DNA of 64,000 nt, taken from the NCBI GenBank assembly GCA_021731405.1, contig JAKFXN010000005.1:105892-169891 (forward strand). The letters are read 5' to 3'. The translations under genes were made by a program, and so were the position numbers. The notes beneath the pieces were generated by a model, which was not told the DNA's origin, did no database searches, and worked only from the letters and a program-made list of their open reading frames with translations. This DNA is from Candidatus Parcubacteria bacterium. Lineage in GTDB: Bacteria; Patescibacteriota; Minisyncoccia; Phycocordibacterales; UBA918. Positions 44,938 through 54,132 of the stretch are shown here, in pieces (the first letter of the stretch is position 1; each line of letters opens with the position of its first letter).

Positions 44938-44988
44938 GCGCTTAGCCATGATTCGACCCCGCAGGGAGAATCTGGCTGCAGCGAGCTG
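44938..44988. ncRNA. Repeated intergenic element X, copy 3.
   Basis: GCGCTTAGCCATGATTCGACCCCGCAGGGAGAATCTGGCTGCAGCGAGCTGCCAAATGAG. It shares GCTTAGC, the CGACC-hairpin-AG core and CTGCAGCGxxCTGCCAAAT with copy 1. Confidence 0.45.
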
Positions 44989-45162
44989 CCAAATGAGTAA
45001 AGAAGCATAGTGAAGTCTATATCTTTATCCAGTCCAGTTTAAATGAGTAGACGAGCGTAGCGACTACTACGAATTTAGTTCCCGATTTGTCCTCCTAAGG
45101 CAAATCGCTGGAACTCGAAGTAAAGAAGCATAGTGAAGTCTATATCTTTATCCTGTCCAGTT
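44987..45162. repeat. Two direct repeats of about 44 bp flanking element B: R1 at 44987-45039 and R2 at 45120-45162. R2 includes the last four codons and the stop of the dockerin gene 45148-47058.
   Basis: GTAAAGAAGCATAGTGAAGTCTATATCTTTATCC(A/T)GTCCAGTT occurs twice, about 133 bp apart, with the hairpin element in between. Confidence 0.6.
45043..45118. ncRNA. Conserved structured intergenic element, copy B (same family as 18719-18797).
   Basis: TTAAATGAGTAGACGAGCGTAGCGACTACTACGAATTTAGTTCC-CGATTTGTCC-tcctaa-GGCAAATCG-CTGGAAC. The inner stem sequence differs from copy A but complementarity is preserved. Confidence 0.5.
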
Positions 45163-47058
45163 AAACAGCAATATAGAGAAGTCAGTTAAGTTAACCTTGC
45201 TGTCACTATTAATGTCAGCTGACGGATCAGAATTACCGCCATCGGAATTCCACCAGAAAAGTAGAATTGAGAAGTCAGTTAAGTTAACCTTGCTGTCACG
45301 GTTCAAGTCGGCATTAATAGGGCGCGCAGCTGATTGTCCCACACCGTAAAACGTAAAGTTTGAAAAGTTTGTTGAGGCACCAGAGGCCTGTACTGCCCGT
45401 GCGCGCGTTTTATAAGTACCAACAGAGAAGCCGCTGGTGTTTATTGTTGTTGACCATTGCCCGTTTCCGTCAGAAGTAACGGTTAGACTTTGCTTTGAAG
45501 CGGCTGACCCTTCCTTTTCATTTTCTATAGTTATTGTTGCGTCTGGTAGTGCATACCCGCTTAGAGTGAGTGTACTTCCTGGAGTAACAGGGTCAGGAGA
45601 AACTTTAATAGTTGGGGCAAGGTTGATGTTTGAAAGCGCTGAAGTTCGAGCACCAATAACCGTAAATGAGGTACTAAAGGTAGATGAGCGCACTTGCGCA
45701 GTATCGACCGCATACACACCAAAGGTATACGCACCGCGCGCTATCTCATCAACAGTAATTGAATACACTCCCTGATTATCTGCACGTTCACTTGTTACCG
45801 CCTTCCCATCAACAAGTGCAAAGACCTCACTTCGCGGAAAAGCGTAACCAGAAATAATTACCCGAGCATCTCCACTTCGATACGGTCCATCGGTACTTTC
45901 AAATCCTCCGCCAGCGGTGTTACCTGAACCTCCACCCGAACCACCACCGCCGCCGCCACCCGAGCCACCCGAACCAGAGGATCCACCTTGAGCAGGTGCA
46001 ACTCCGTCAGAGCTTCCTGTCTCCCCTCCGGAACCTCCTCCGTCTCCGGTACCATTATTACCCGTACCGGTACCATCACCATCTACTTCTCCTTCGGTAT
46101 TGGATTCACCGGTTGGAACAGCACTAACGGCAAATTCGATTAAGTAATCATCGATGTTAAAGTTTCCTTCATCGTCAATACAGCGGACATAAAATTGTTG
46201 AATCGTATCTGGAAGAACTGAGACTACAACCGTGTGAAAAATAAGGCCCGTACCTGTAAAGGTGTTCGGCATTGAGGCATAACTTTGTCCTGGTGTAAGA
46301 CTATACTTGCAAACTGCCAACTCATCAGTCTGAAGGAAAAGTTCGACACTCAAAGTAACACCGGTTACCGTACTACTCGGCGCACCATTAAAGCGATCAG
46401 GCGGAATCTCTTCTGTCGTATCGATTGGTCCAACACCAACACGGTTTACCAGCGAGATAGAAAAACTTGCATCTGCTACCAGTCCGCCATCATACACTTC
46501 GAGGCGTACTTTTTTAGTACCCGTAGTTGAGGCGTTTATTACTGGTTCTTCATCGCCAATTATTGTAGTAGTACCAGTTGTGGTGGCAAACGTTTCACTA
46601 AACTCAAGAGATTTTGAAGTATGGTTTCCAATCTTCAATACCAACTCAGAACCAGAAGTGATTCCGGTCACGGGGTTAAGTGTGTACTTAATTGAACCAG
46701 GTGAACCGGGAAATATTTCAACCATATCCACCCCTGGAGCAAGAGTGCTGTCAGAGCTTCTTAAAGATCCATCTACCAACAATTCAACATTTCGCTCAGC
46801 TGCAAACGTACTAGTACTTAGGACTTCAAAACCAGCAGGAAGCGTGACTTCAAAGTACCCTCCCGGAGAAACATTAGTGCCAATCTTAAACGAAAGGGTG
46901 TGATTAGAAGCTCGTAGTGGCGCCGAATCAGAGATAGTGTCTTTATATTCATTGATATTGCGAGCGAACAAGATATCTGGAAAAAACAGAAACAACGTCA
47001 GCATCAGAATACCAACCGCTGCCAGTAAAAACGCCCAGGCTTTAACCACTAAAGTCAT
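45148..47058 (-). CDS. Secreted dockerin-bearing protein: signal peptide, an N-terminal beta-sandwich shared with the WxL-like proteins, a Gly-rich linker, Ig-like domains and a C-terminal type-I dockerin.
   Basis: The track start at 47211 would overlap the upstream ABC gene by 86 nt. The internal Met MTLVVKAWAFLLAAVGILMLTLFLFFPDILFA (about 47058) is a better signal peptide. N-terminal motif SDSAPLRASNHTLSF. C-terminus DLNRDSKVNLTDFSILLFWW...DINSDSKVNLTDFSILLFNWTG. Confidence 0.7.
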   Translation of the reverse strand: MTLVVKAWAFLLAAVGILMLTLFLFFPDILFARNINEYKDTISDSAPLRASNHTLSFKIGTNVSPGGYFEVTLPAGFEVLSTSTFAAERNVELLVDGSLRSSDSTLAPGVDMVEIFPGSPGSIKYTLNPVTGITSGSELVLKIGNHTSKSLEFSETFATTTGTTTIIGDEEPVINASTTGTKKVRLEVYDGGLVADASFSISLVNRVGVGPIDTTEEIPPDRFNGAPSSTVTGVTLSVELFLQTDELAVCKYSLTPGQSYASMPNTFTGTGLIFHTVVVSVLPDTIQQFYVRCIDDEGNFNIDDYLIEFAVSAVPTGESNTEGEVDGDGTGTGNNGTGDGGGSGGETGSSDGVAPAQGGSSGSGGSGGGGGGGSGGGSGNTAGGGFESTDGPYRSGDARVIISGYAFPRSEVFALVDGKAVTSERADNQGVYSITVDEIARGAYTFGVYAVDTAQVRSSTFSTSFTVIGARTSALSNINLAPTIKVSPDPVTPGSTLTLSGYALPDATITIENEKEGSAASKQSLTVTSDGNGQWSTTINTSGFSVGTYKTRARAVQASGASTNFSNFTFYGVGQSAARPINADLNRDSKVNLTDFSILLFWWNSDGGNSDPSADINSDSKVNLTDFSILLFNWTG

Positions 47059-47125
47059 CTTATCTATAAGTATACCCCGCACAAATACAAACAATATGTC
47101 TGGTCGTGAACAACTTGTAACTCTT

Positions 47126-48892
47126 TTATTCAACCAAAAATCCACCAGCTTGGTGTTGCCACAACTGAGCGTAGTGACCTTGTTTCTGAAGCAGTGTCTC
47201 GTGAGTACCATCTTCAGTTATTGTTCCTTCTTCAAGAACGATAATCCTATCCATTTCTCGGAGCGTCGATAGTCTATGAGCAATAGCAATAACCGTCTTA
47301 CCTTCCATCAAAACATGGAGTGCTTTTTGTATTTCTCGTTCGCTGGTGCTATCGAGGGCAGAAGTAGCCTCGTCTAGGATAAGAATAGGAGCGTTTTTGA
47401 GCATTGCCCGAGCAATAGCTACGCGCTGCTTTTGTCCACCCGAGAGCTTTACTCCCCGTTCTCCCACAAGGGTGTCATACTTTTGTGGCAGTCGCATGAT
47501 AAAGTCATGTGCCTCGGCCTTCTTGGCGACTGCTATAATTTCGTCCGAGGATGCGTCAGGTCTCCCGTAGGCAATATTTTCTCTAATAGTCCGATGAAAT
47601 AATGACGGTTCTTGCGGTACCAGTGCAATTAACTCGCGAAGTGAGTCTTGTGTGACACTAGAAATATCTTGGCCATCAATACATATTCGCCCCTTTAAAA
47701 TAGCGTGTTGTCGCAAAAGGAGTGACACAAATGTACTCTTTCCTGCTCCAGAAGAACCAACCAGTCCAATTTTTTGGTGTGGCAAAATTGTCAGGTTAAA
47801 ATTTTCAAACACAGCCAAATCATCAAATTTAAAAGTGACGTCTTTCCAATCAATACCACCGCCTTCTACTTTTAAGGGTGAGGCTGGGATCATATCAACT
47901 ATCTCGTACGGTAGCAGGATGTCATCAAGTCCTTCGCGTAATTCTCCGGCAGTCCTTGCGGTGGCGTTAAAGGCTCTTCCGATAAAGAGTAGTGAGCCAG
48001 TAATATTTGAGATTAGAGCTAATACAAGCACAAACTCACCGGTAGTGAGCATACCTTCGCCCCACTGCGTTACAAGCCGCCAAAACATGAGTGAAGCAAA
48101 TACAAATAAGAGCAGGCTGTTTATCGTCAAAAGTTTCTCGGTGTACAGCCAGTTCCGTACCCCTTTTTCAAACTTGTTTTGCGTCAATTTTTGTACTTCA
48201 GTGAGCTCATAGTCTTTCCGCACGTATTGGCGTGTAGTATGCACGTTTGAAAGCACATCCACCAAATACCCTTGTAGCAAGGAACCAGCTTCAGCATTTT
48301 CTTTCGCCACAATAGCTTTTGTCTTAGCGAAGCGTTTATTAACTACAAAGAGTACCGTAAGGAGTCCAATAAAAATAATCCCCGACTGAGAATCTACAGT
48401 TAAGATGAGGGCAAATGTCACTAAAAAGGTAACGAGGACACTCAAATGTGCCCACAAAATATCTGGAATCATCTCATCAAACGCTGAGGTGACGTTTTTT
48501 ATTTTATTGGTAATTGAACCGGCGAATCGATCAATGAAGTAACTATGACTATGCCTCATAATGTACGTCATTAGGGTATTAGTAGCCGTCTGATTACTAC
48601 CAACAGTGAGGTGCGCACCTGCATATCCACTCACTCGATATATAAGCTGAACTAGTAGTATAAAAAATGGATATAAAAGTCCCCACATTAAAGCCGCGTT
48701 AAGGTCGTCCGCTTCGACAGCATCAATGATGAGCTTAAAGAAGTAGCTGGTTGATGCTCCTGCGGCTGACGCAATCACTACCGCGATTACTGCCAAAGCT
48801 GCCCAGCCCTTGTGCTTACCTATAATGTATATGAAAAAACGATACGGAGTATTTGGAATTGTTGTTTCTCTGGCGGAGGTGAGTGATTTCAT
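47126..48892 (-). CDS. ABC exporter with fused N-terminal 6-TM domain and C-terminal NBD (MsbA/type-I exporter family).
   Basis: 588 aa. Walker A GSSGAGKST, signature LSGGQKQRVAIARAML, Walker B ILILDEATSALD. N-terminal half hydrophobic. Confidence 0.85.
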   Translation of the reverse strand: MKSLTSARETTIPNTPYRFFIYIIGKHKGWAALAVIAVVIASAAGASTSYFFKLIIDAVEADDLNAALMWGLLYPFFILLVQLIYRVSGYAGAHLTVGSNQTATNTLMTYIMRHSHSYFIDRFAGSITNKIKNVTSAFDEMIPDILWAHLSVLVTFLVTFALILTVDSQSGIIFIGLLTVLFVVNKRFAKTKAIVAKENAEAGSLLQGYLVDVLSNVHTTRQYVRKDYELTEVQKLTQNKFEKGVRNWLYTEKLLTINSLLLFVFASLMFWRLVTQWGEGMLTTGEFVLVLALISNITGSLLFIGRAFNATARTAGELREGLDDILLPYEIVDMIPASPLKVEGGGIDWKDVTFKFDDLAVFENFNLTILPHQKIGLVGSSGAGKSTFVSLLLRQHAILKGRICIDGQDISSVTQDSLRELIALVPQEPSLFHRTIRENIAYGRPDASSDEIIAVAKKAEAHDFIMRLPQKYDTLVGERGVKLSGGQKQRVAIARAMLKNAPILILDEATSALDSTSEREIQKALHVLMEGKTVIAIAHRLSTLREMDRIIVLEEGTITEDGTHETLLQKQGHYAQLWQHQAGGFLVE

Positions 48893-48918
48893 AGTCTGAC
48901 ACTATACCAGAAGCAGTA

Positions 48919-49722
48919 CTATTTCACACAGCGAAAACCAACCGCTGCTCCACTAAAGTTTGGGGGTGTTTGCGCATGTACCGTATAGGTACCAGCATCA
49001 TCTTTACTGCCATAAAATCCACCACGAATAATTCCAAAAGCACCTGTTCCACTTGTCCAAAAATAATCCCCTTTTATTTCAGTGCTTGTCTCTTCTTGTG
49101 TGATGGTCGCCATTCCCGAACTATCAACTTGGCTCACATATCCAGTCCCTGGTAACTCTCTTCCCTGATACACCCCCTCAATGACATCATCGCTCACCCA
49201 CTCCCACACATTACCAACCGTATCTTTTACGCGAGCGGCGGAAATACATGTTTCATACTCACCAGCTGCGCTAATGTCGCCACTTGCAATATTACAACTA
49301 TCTTTTGTCGTTCCGAGGGAAAATTGATACCACTCACTCGCTGAGGGAAGTCGTTTGCCTGCTCTCGTACAAAGTATGGCTGCTTGCTCTCTGTCAACAA
49401 ACCGCCATGGTTCATTACCCACCTCACTAGTAGGTACACAATCACTTTTTGAGAGATTTATTTCTGTATCATACTGACTTGAAGGATTGACGACGGTACA
49501 ATCTTCTTGAACTGATGCTTCAAACTCATCTACGCACGTAAATGTCAGAGCCCCGGATACCGGTATCATCCCCGCAGGACAAATTTCTGTCTGTGTTCCA
49601 ATGAGCGAGGCTAGCATAGTACCCCCTTTTCCAGTCAATGTGTCAGTAGCATCAATACTAAAAGTCGTAAGAATAAGGGCTACAAGAACCCCGCCACCAA
49701 TTGTGAAGACCTTCTTATACAT
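48919..49722 (-). CDS. Secreted formylglycine-generating-enzyme (FGE)/SUMF1-family domain protein, paralog 1 of 3.
   Basis: N-terminal TM/signal. C-terminal ...DYFWTSGTGAFGIIRGGFYGS...GFRCVK is characteristic of the FGE-sulfatase (SUMF1/EgtB/PvdO) fold. Multiple conserved Cys. Confidence 0.7.
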   Translation of the reverse strand: MYKKVFTIGGGVLVALILTTFSIDATDTLTGKGGTMLASLIGTQTEICPAGMIPVSGALTFTCVDEFEASVQEDCTVVNPSSQYDTEINLSKSDCVPTSEVGNEPWRFVDREQAAILCTRAGKRLPSASEWYQFSLGTTKDSCNIASGDISAAGEYETCISAARVKDTVGNVWEWVSDDVIEGVYQGRELPGTGYVSQVDSSGMATITQEETSTEIKGDYFWTSGTGAFGIIRGGFYGSKDDAGTYTVHAQTPPNFSGAAVGFRCVK

Positions 49723-49760
49723 ATATATGTATATTGTACCGCAAAGCTGCAGCGAAACCT

Positions 49761-50579
49761 TTATTTAACACACCGAAATCCAATGGCGGCACTAGCAAAA
49801 TTCTGATCAGTTTGAGCATGTGCAGCATATATTCCGCCATCCGCACGACTACCATAAAATCCTCCGCGAATAAGCGTGAAGTACCCTGTTTCTTGTGACC
49901 AAAAATAGTCATCATGATAAATAGTATTTGGTTCTGAGGTAGTCAAAAGTGCAACTCCAGAAGAATCGGCGAGAGCAACATATCCTTCAGCTGGTAAAGT
50001 CCGGTTTTGATACTGCCCATCTTTGATGGTTTCACTGGTGTGCTCCCAAACGTTACCCACCATATCAAACACACCAACGCCTGAAGTACAGTCTTTAAAC
50101 TGGCCTGTTTTTGCCAACTGACCATCTGTATTACAAACAGCACCATCTGTACTACCAATTGCTGCCAAGAACCATTCTTCTGCCGAAGGTAGTCTCTTCC
50201 CCGTCTTTGCGCATAGTTCTACTGCTTGCGGTCGAGCCACTGAAGTCCATGGAAGAACCCCTTCTTCAGACACTGGTACACAATTTTTTTGCGAAATATT
50301 ATGTGCGGTATCTACCGTACTGGCTGGTGCTTCAATAATACAATCCTGACTTGGACTCGCTTCATACACATCGATACAAAAACTACCGCGTTCACTTTCT
50401 ACCAGCTGCATCCCAGCATCGCACTCTTCATTATTAATATTTGTAGCAAATATACTTAAAGCAGTTTGCGAGCCACGTAGGGTATCAGTGGCGTCAATAG
50501 TAAACGAGGTCAACAAAATAATCCCGAGCGTAACGAGTGAAAACCTGAGGCTCTGTGTGAGTATTTTTTTCATGCTCAT
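49761..50579 (-). CDS. Secreted FGE/SUMF1-family domain protein, paralog 2 of 3.
   Basis: Same architecture: signal, Cys-rich N-terminal half, ...YFWSQETGYFTLIRGGFYGS...GFRCVK. Confidence 0.7.
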   Translation of the reverse strand: MSMKKILTQSLRFSLVTLGIILLTSFTIDATDTLRGSQTALSIFATNINNEECDAGMQLVESERGSFCIDVYEASPSQDCIIEAPASTVDTAHNISQKNCVPVSEEGVLPWTSVARPQAVELCAKTGKRLPSAEEWFLAAIGSTDGAVCNTDGQLAKTGQFKDCTSGVGVFDMVGNVWEHTSETIKDGQYQNRTLPAEGYVALADSSGVALLTTSEPNTIYHDDYFWSQETGYFTLIRGGFYGSRADGGIYAAHAQTDQNFASAAIGFRCVK

Positions 50580-50594
50580 ACCAATAAGTATACG

Positions 50595-51410
50595 TTAGAG
50601 AATATCCCGTACGCAGCGAAAGCCCACACCAACCGCAGAGAAGTTGAGCGGTACTGCTATATTTTGTGAAAAGATTCCGCCATCTTCCCCACTCCCGTAG
50701 AACCCGCCACGAATAATTCCCTGTACTCCCGTGCTGTTTACCCAGGCATAATCTTCCCCAAAACGAGCGTCTGGCTCAGTATGAGTAGTCAGTACTACTC
50801 CATCGCTATCAACGAGCGTTATATACCCAGACTCTGGGAGACTTCTGTCTTTGTACGTACCGTCTGTTACCGTGTCGTCCATCCACTCCCAGACATTACC
50901 AACCACATCATGGACACCAGTATTGGTTACACAATTTGCAGTTCCGGTAAGTTCTAATGTTTGACTCAAAAAACAAGCGTCTAGTTCAGTCTGCCCTAAG
51001 GCGACTTTGTACCATTCTTCGTTGGTCGGCAAGCGCTTACCCGCCCGAGCACACAACTGTTGAGCTTCGGTATAGGTCACATATTTCCAAGGATCAAGGC
51101 TTGGAGCAGAATGTGCACGGCAAGCCTCAGCCCCAATATTTACTTGTGTATCTACTTCACTTTTGATTTGTTCATACGGACACGAAGTATGTGGACTCGC
51201 TTCATAGACATCCATGCAGACACTGTGAGAGCCAAACAATATAGGTACTTCGTGTAGGCCACATACGCCCTGTGACTCCAAGACGAGCCCCGAAAGCCGA
51301 CCACTAACTCCAGCCAGTTCGTCACTCGCTTGTATCCCTAATGTAGAAATAATAAGAGCCCCGACTCCAACCAAAATCGACTTAGGCAGCGCTTTCATTT
51401 CTCTGAACAT
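50595..51410 (-). CDS. Secreted FGE/SUMF1-family domain protein, paralog 3 of 3.
   Basis: ...DYAWVNSTGVQGIIRGGFYGS...GFRCVRDIL. Tandem with the other two copies. Confidence 0.7.
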   Translation of the reverse strand: MFREMKALPKSILVGVGALIISTLGIQASDELAGVSGRLSGLVLESQGVCGLHEVPILFGSHSVCMDVYEASPHTSCPYEQIKSEVDTQVNIGAEACRAHSAPSLDPWKYVTYTEAQQLCARAGKRLPTNEEWYKVALGQTELDACFLSQTLELTGTANCVTNTGVHDVVGNVWEWMDDTVTDGTYKDRSLPESGYITLVDSDGVVLTTHTEPDARFGEDYAWVNSTGVQGIIRGGFYGSGEDGGIFSQNIAVPLNFSAVGVGFRCVRDIL

Positions 51411-51810
51411 ATATTTCTTTTACCTCTTTTCTCCGTGCACGCATAAAATCTAGAATATAGTTGAGTACAATGAGTGTTAGTAAAATAAAAAGAATGACGC
51501 TCAATATAAAAGTTGAGGTATCAAACGGTGCGGTCGATTGAGTATTCCCGACCGAGACAGCGATGAGTCTTTCTTTTGCCTCAAGCTCTGTCTCGAGTTC
51601 AGTAATGCGACCTGTCAGTTGATTGAGTTCATTTGGCGCCACTCCGACAGTCACCCCAACTACGTTTGCAAGATGTTGCTCAGTTGTATTTGAAAGTAGC
51701 ACGGTCTCTTCAAACAAAAGTCCACTATCAAACACCAGGGCAATCGCCAAAACACTCACCGTTACACGCAGAAAGCTATGGTAGAGGCTATGTTCAAGCG
51801 AATTTCTCAT
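51382..51810 (-). CDS. Small bitopic membrane protein with an N-terminal TM, a coiled coil, a C-terminal TM and a basic stretch.
   Basis: 142 aa. TM segments VTVSVLAIALVF and FILSVILFILLTLIVLNYIL followed by RARRKE. It overlaps the upstream FGE gene by 29 nt. It occupies the position of the small cell-surface protein in Csc-type clusters. Confidence 0.45.
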   Translation of the reverse strand: MRNSLEHSLYHSFLRVTVSVLAIALVFDSGLLFEETVLLSNTTEQHLANVVGVTVGVAPNELNQLTGRITELETELEAKERLIAVSVGNTQSTAPFDTSTFILSVILFILLTLIVLNYILDFMRARRKEVKEIYVQRNESAA

Positions 51811-51828
51811 ATACCTTATAGTATATCA

Positions 51829-52935
51829 CTAAGCAAAAAGCAGGAGGAGTATGATAAAGAATAGAGCAGTTACCGCCAGCATTGAGATAAACACCAGCAA
51901 AACCGGAAATTGGTTTTGCTGTCTTGAGCGAACAAGCCTCCTAGTAACTCCAGAGCTCGCAACTGCCATACTACGTTTTACGTACACCTTGACGGTCACA
52001 TAAATAAGTAAGAAGAGAACGATAAGACCAATCAATGCAGGAGTAACAATATTCATTGGCAAGATCCAGAACGTTACCGTACTTGAAATAGTATTGATAC
52101 TTCCTTGTTCTCCATACACAACGCTTAAGAGTGCTTCATACCGCCCAAAGCCTGGACTCTCATCTGTCCAGTTGATGTCAAACTCACGAGTCCCTTCGGG
52201 GTTACTCGCTGTCTTCGGAAAAACACTGGCTTGGTTGTCATTAAACTTCAGCATTGCCACTTGCTTACCGAACATATTTTTTACTTCCAGTGGACCAATT
52301 GGCTTTATGAGTGTATTACCCTCATTTTCAATATGTACATTAAAATCAACATCAGTTGTTCCGTATATGTACTGTGACGTTGAAAATTGGCGGATACGGG
52401 CGGACTCATACGCATCACCAGCAATTCTAATACTAATGATATTTGCTACTTCATACCCAATACCTGCACCAGACGCACGGAGTTTTGGTGGTTCCGCCGA
52501 AATTATCAAGCTTCCGAAGTGACTTCCTGGACTGACTTCAAGCGGTACATTCATCACAAAGGTATATTCTTTTGTTTCCCCCGGTTGAAGCTGTATTTCC
52601 TCAGCTGAAAGGGTAAGCCAGTCACTAATTTCGTAGCCTGTTTTTTCTGAACTATCGGTTGAAAATATCGGGACTCCACCGTCTCGTACCCCAATAATGT
52701 CACGAATAGAAAGATAGAAAGTTTTCTCAACAGTATTGAGGTTAGATATCTCAACACTAAATTGAGCAGTAGCCCCAGGTTCAAATTGCTCTGCCGGCTC
52801 TATAATTGCGGGACTTATTCCAATACCGGCCGCGGCCTGGGCAAGCGCGAAAGAGCTTGACCCGGCGTAGAAAAATGAGAGTAAAAAGAGTGCTAATGCA
52901 AATAAAACTGGGCGTGAAAAAATGTGGGTATTCAT
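51829..52935 (-). CDS. DUF916-like cell-surface protein with a signal peptide, Ig-like ectodomain and C-terminal TM helices. Paralog of 14490-15455.
   Basis: After the signal: AAGIGISPAIIEPAEQFEPGATAQFSVEISNLNTVEKTFYLSIRD, which resembles the (F/I)xVxP...PGxxQxLxVxLxNxT opening of DUF916 proteins. C-terminus WILPMNIVTPALIGLIVLFLLIYVTVKVYVKRS. Start may be 52974 or 52935. Confidence 0.5.
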   Translation of the reverse strand: MNTHIFSRPVLFALALFLLSFFYAGSSSFALAQAAAGIGISPAIIEPAEQFEPGATAQFSVEISNLNTVEKTFYLSIRDIIGVRDGGVPIFSTDSSEKTGYEISDWLTLSAEEIQLQPGETKEYTFVMNVPLEVSPGSHFGSLIISAEPPKLRASGAGIGYEVANIISIRIAGDAYESARIRQFSTSQYIYGTTDVDFNVHIENEGNTLIKPIGPLEVKNMFGKQVAMLKFNDNQASVFPKTASNPEGTREFDINWTDESPGFGRYEALLSVVYGEQGSINTISSTVTFWILPMNIVTPALIGLIVLFLLIYVTVKVYVKRSMAVASSGVTRRLVRSRQQNQFPVLLVFISMLAVTALFFIILLLLFA

Positions 52936-52990
52936 ATATAAGTGTCGCCTTATAGTAACACTCCTAAAACGCAAGTTTGTAAATTTATAA

Positions 52991-53026
52991 ACACAAAAAG
53001 AACCGCCGAAGCGGTTCTTTTTGTGT
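52991..53026 (-). terminator. Rho-independent terminator downstream of 53041-54132.
   Basis: AAAAAGAACCGC-CGAA-GCGGTTCTTTTT hairpin with flanking A/T runs. Confidence 0.75.
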
Positions 53027-53040
53027 ACATACTTTTATAG

Positions 53041-54132
53041 TTAGAAAGTAGGTGTAGCGATGTACATGAGAGTTGTCGTGTAGTCATCTCCCGCTTCCTG
53101 AAGTGGTGAAATCTGAACTCGGTATCCGATTGTAGCAGAACCGACATCCTGTGTTACACCATCAGCTGGGTCGTTGTGAGAGAAAATAATACGTGGAGTA
53201 GTACTTGCCGCGACCCATTTATCCCCGCCACCTGAGGTGAATTCAGAACCGTTAAGGTTTGAGTCATCAGAGGTAAGACCCCAGTGCCCCCAAGTGTTTT
53301 CAAGCAAGAGAGAGTTTGTAGGTGCAGACCACGCAGTAGGGGTGTTGGTATAAGCACCATTGATGAAAGCATCAATATCGGCACCTGTACTGGATAGCAA
53401 GTTCTGATCCTGTTGTACTGTTACAACGAATCCGTTTGCAGCGTTTGTTTCTACCGTAAGCTCTTGAGCTAGGGTATACACATCACCAGCATCTAGAATT
53501 CCGAATGGAATTTCTGTAGCTGTTGAGGCGCCACTTGTTGTTGTGGCATTAACTGTTGTTGAAGTAGCTGTCCCTGCAACAACGAAGTCGAAGGTTGTTT
53601 CTACCACAGCAGTCACTGTTACATAATCAACGATAGCTACTCGTGTACGTCCTGTGTCTGTCGTAGCATTCGCAATTGAAATTGTGAATTCGTATGACAT
53701 CACTGGTGCAGGATTTCCTACAATGCCAGGTGCCAACACTACAGTCACAACATCTGTTGATGTTGCCGCAACGTTATCAAAGGTAAGTGTTTGTGCGCCT
53801 GCTGCGAAGTTACCGATTGTAATCGGAGCTCCACCGTTCAGTCGTACCGTCAGGTCACCTGAGACAACTGTGTTTACATCTGTGAACCCTGACGGGAAAG
53901 TAATTACGTAATCACTAGTTGAGGCTACAGATGAACCAAGCGGAATTTCAAAACTGAAATTGTGCCCTGAGAGCGCACTTGGACCTGAGTCTGTTAAAGT
54001 ATTGCTAATCTCAATAAGGTTAGCTGCTTGTGCGGTTGTGTAGACTCCGACTGACCAGAGAACTACTGCACACGCAACGAGCATCGCGACTACCCGGTGC
54101 GTAAAGCCAACGTGTGTTGGTATTACGAACAT
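53041..54132 (-). CDS. Secreted Thr/Gly-rich surface protein, possibly WxL-like. Paralog of 11651-12799.
   Basis: Signal anchor then AQA|ANLIEISNTLTDSGPSALSGHNFSF. C-terminal ...NTWGHWGLTSDDSNLNG...TTTLMYIATPTF. Adjacent to the DUF916-like and small membrane protein genes. Confidence 0.55.
   Translation of the reverse strand: MFVIPTHVGFTHRVVAMLVACAVVLWSVGVYTTAQAANLIEISNTLTDSGPSALSGHNFSFEIPLGSSVASTSDYVITFPSGFTDVNTVVSGDLTVRLNGGAPITIGNFAAGAQTLTFDNVAATSTDVVTVVLAPGIVGNPAPVMSYEFTISIANATTDTGRTRVAIVDYVTVTAVVETTFDFVVAGTATSTTVNATTTSGASTATEIPFGILDAGDVYTLAQELTVETNAANGFVVTVQQDQNLLSSTGADIDAFINGAYTNTPTAWSAPTNSLLLENTWGHWGLTSDDSNLNGSEFTSGGGDKWVAASTTPRIIFSHNDPADGVTQDVGSATIGYRVQISPLQEAGDDYTTTLMYIATPTF

Noticed and set aside
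47652-48212. 186-aa plus-strand ORF inside the ABC exporter gene
   Set aside because: Antisense to an ORF carrying canonical Walker A, signature and Walker B motifs.
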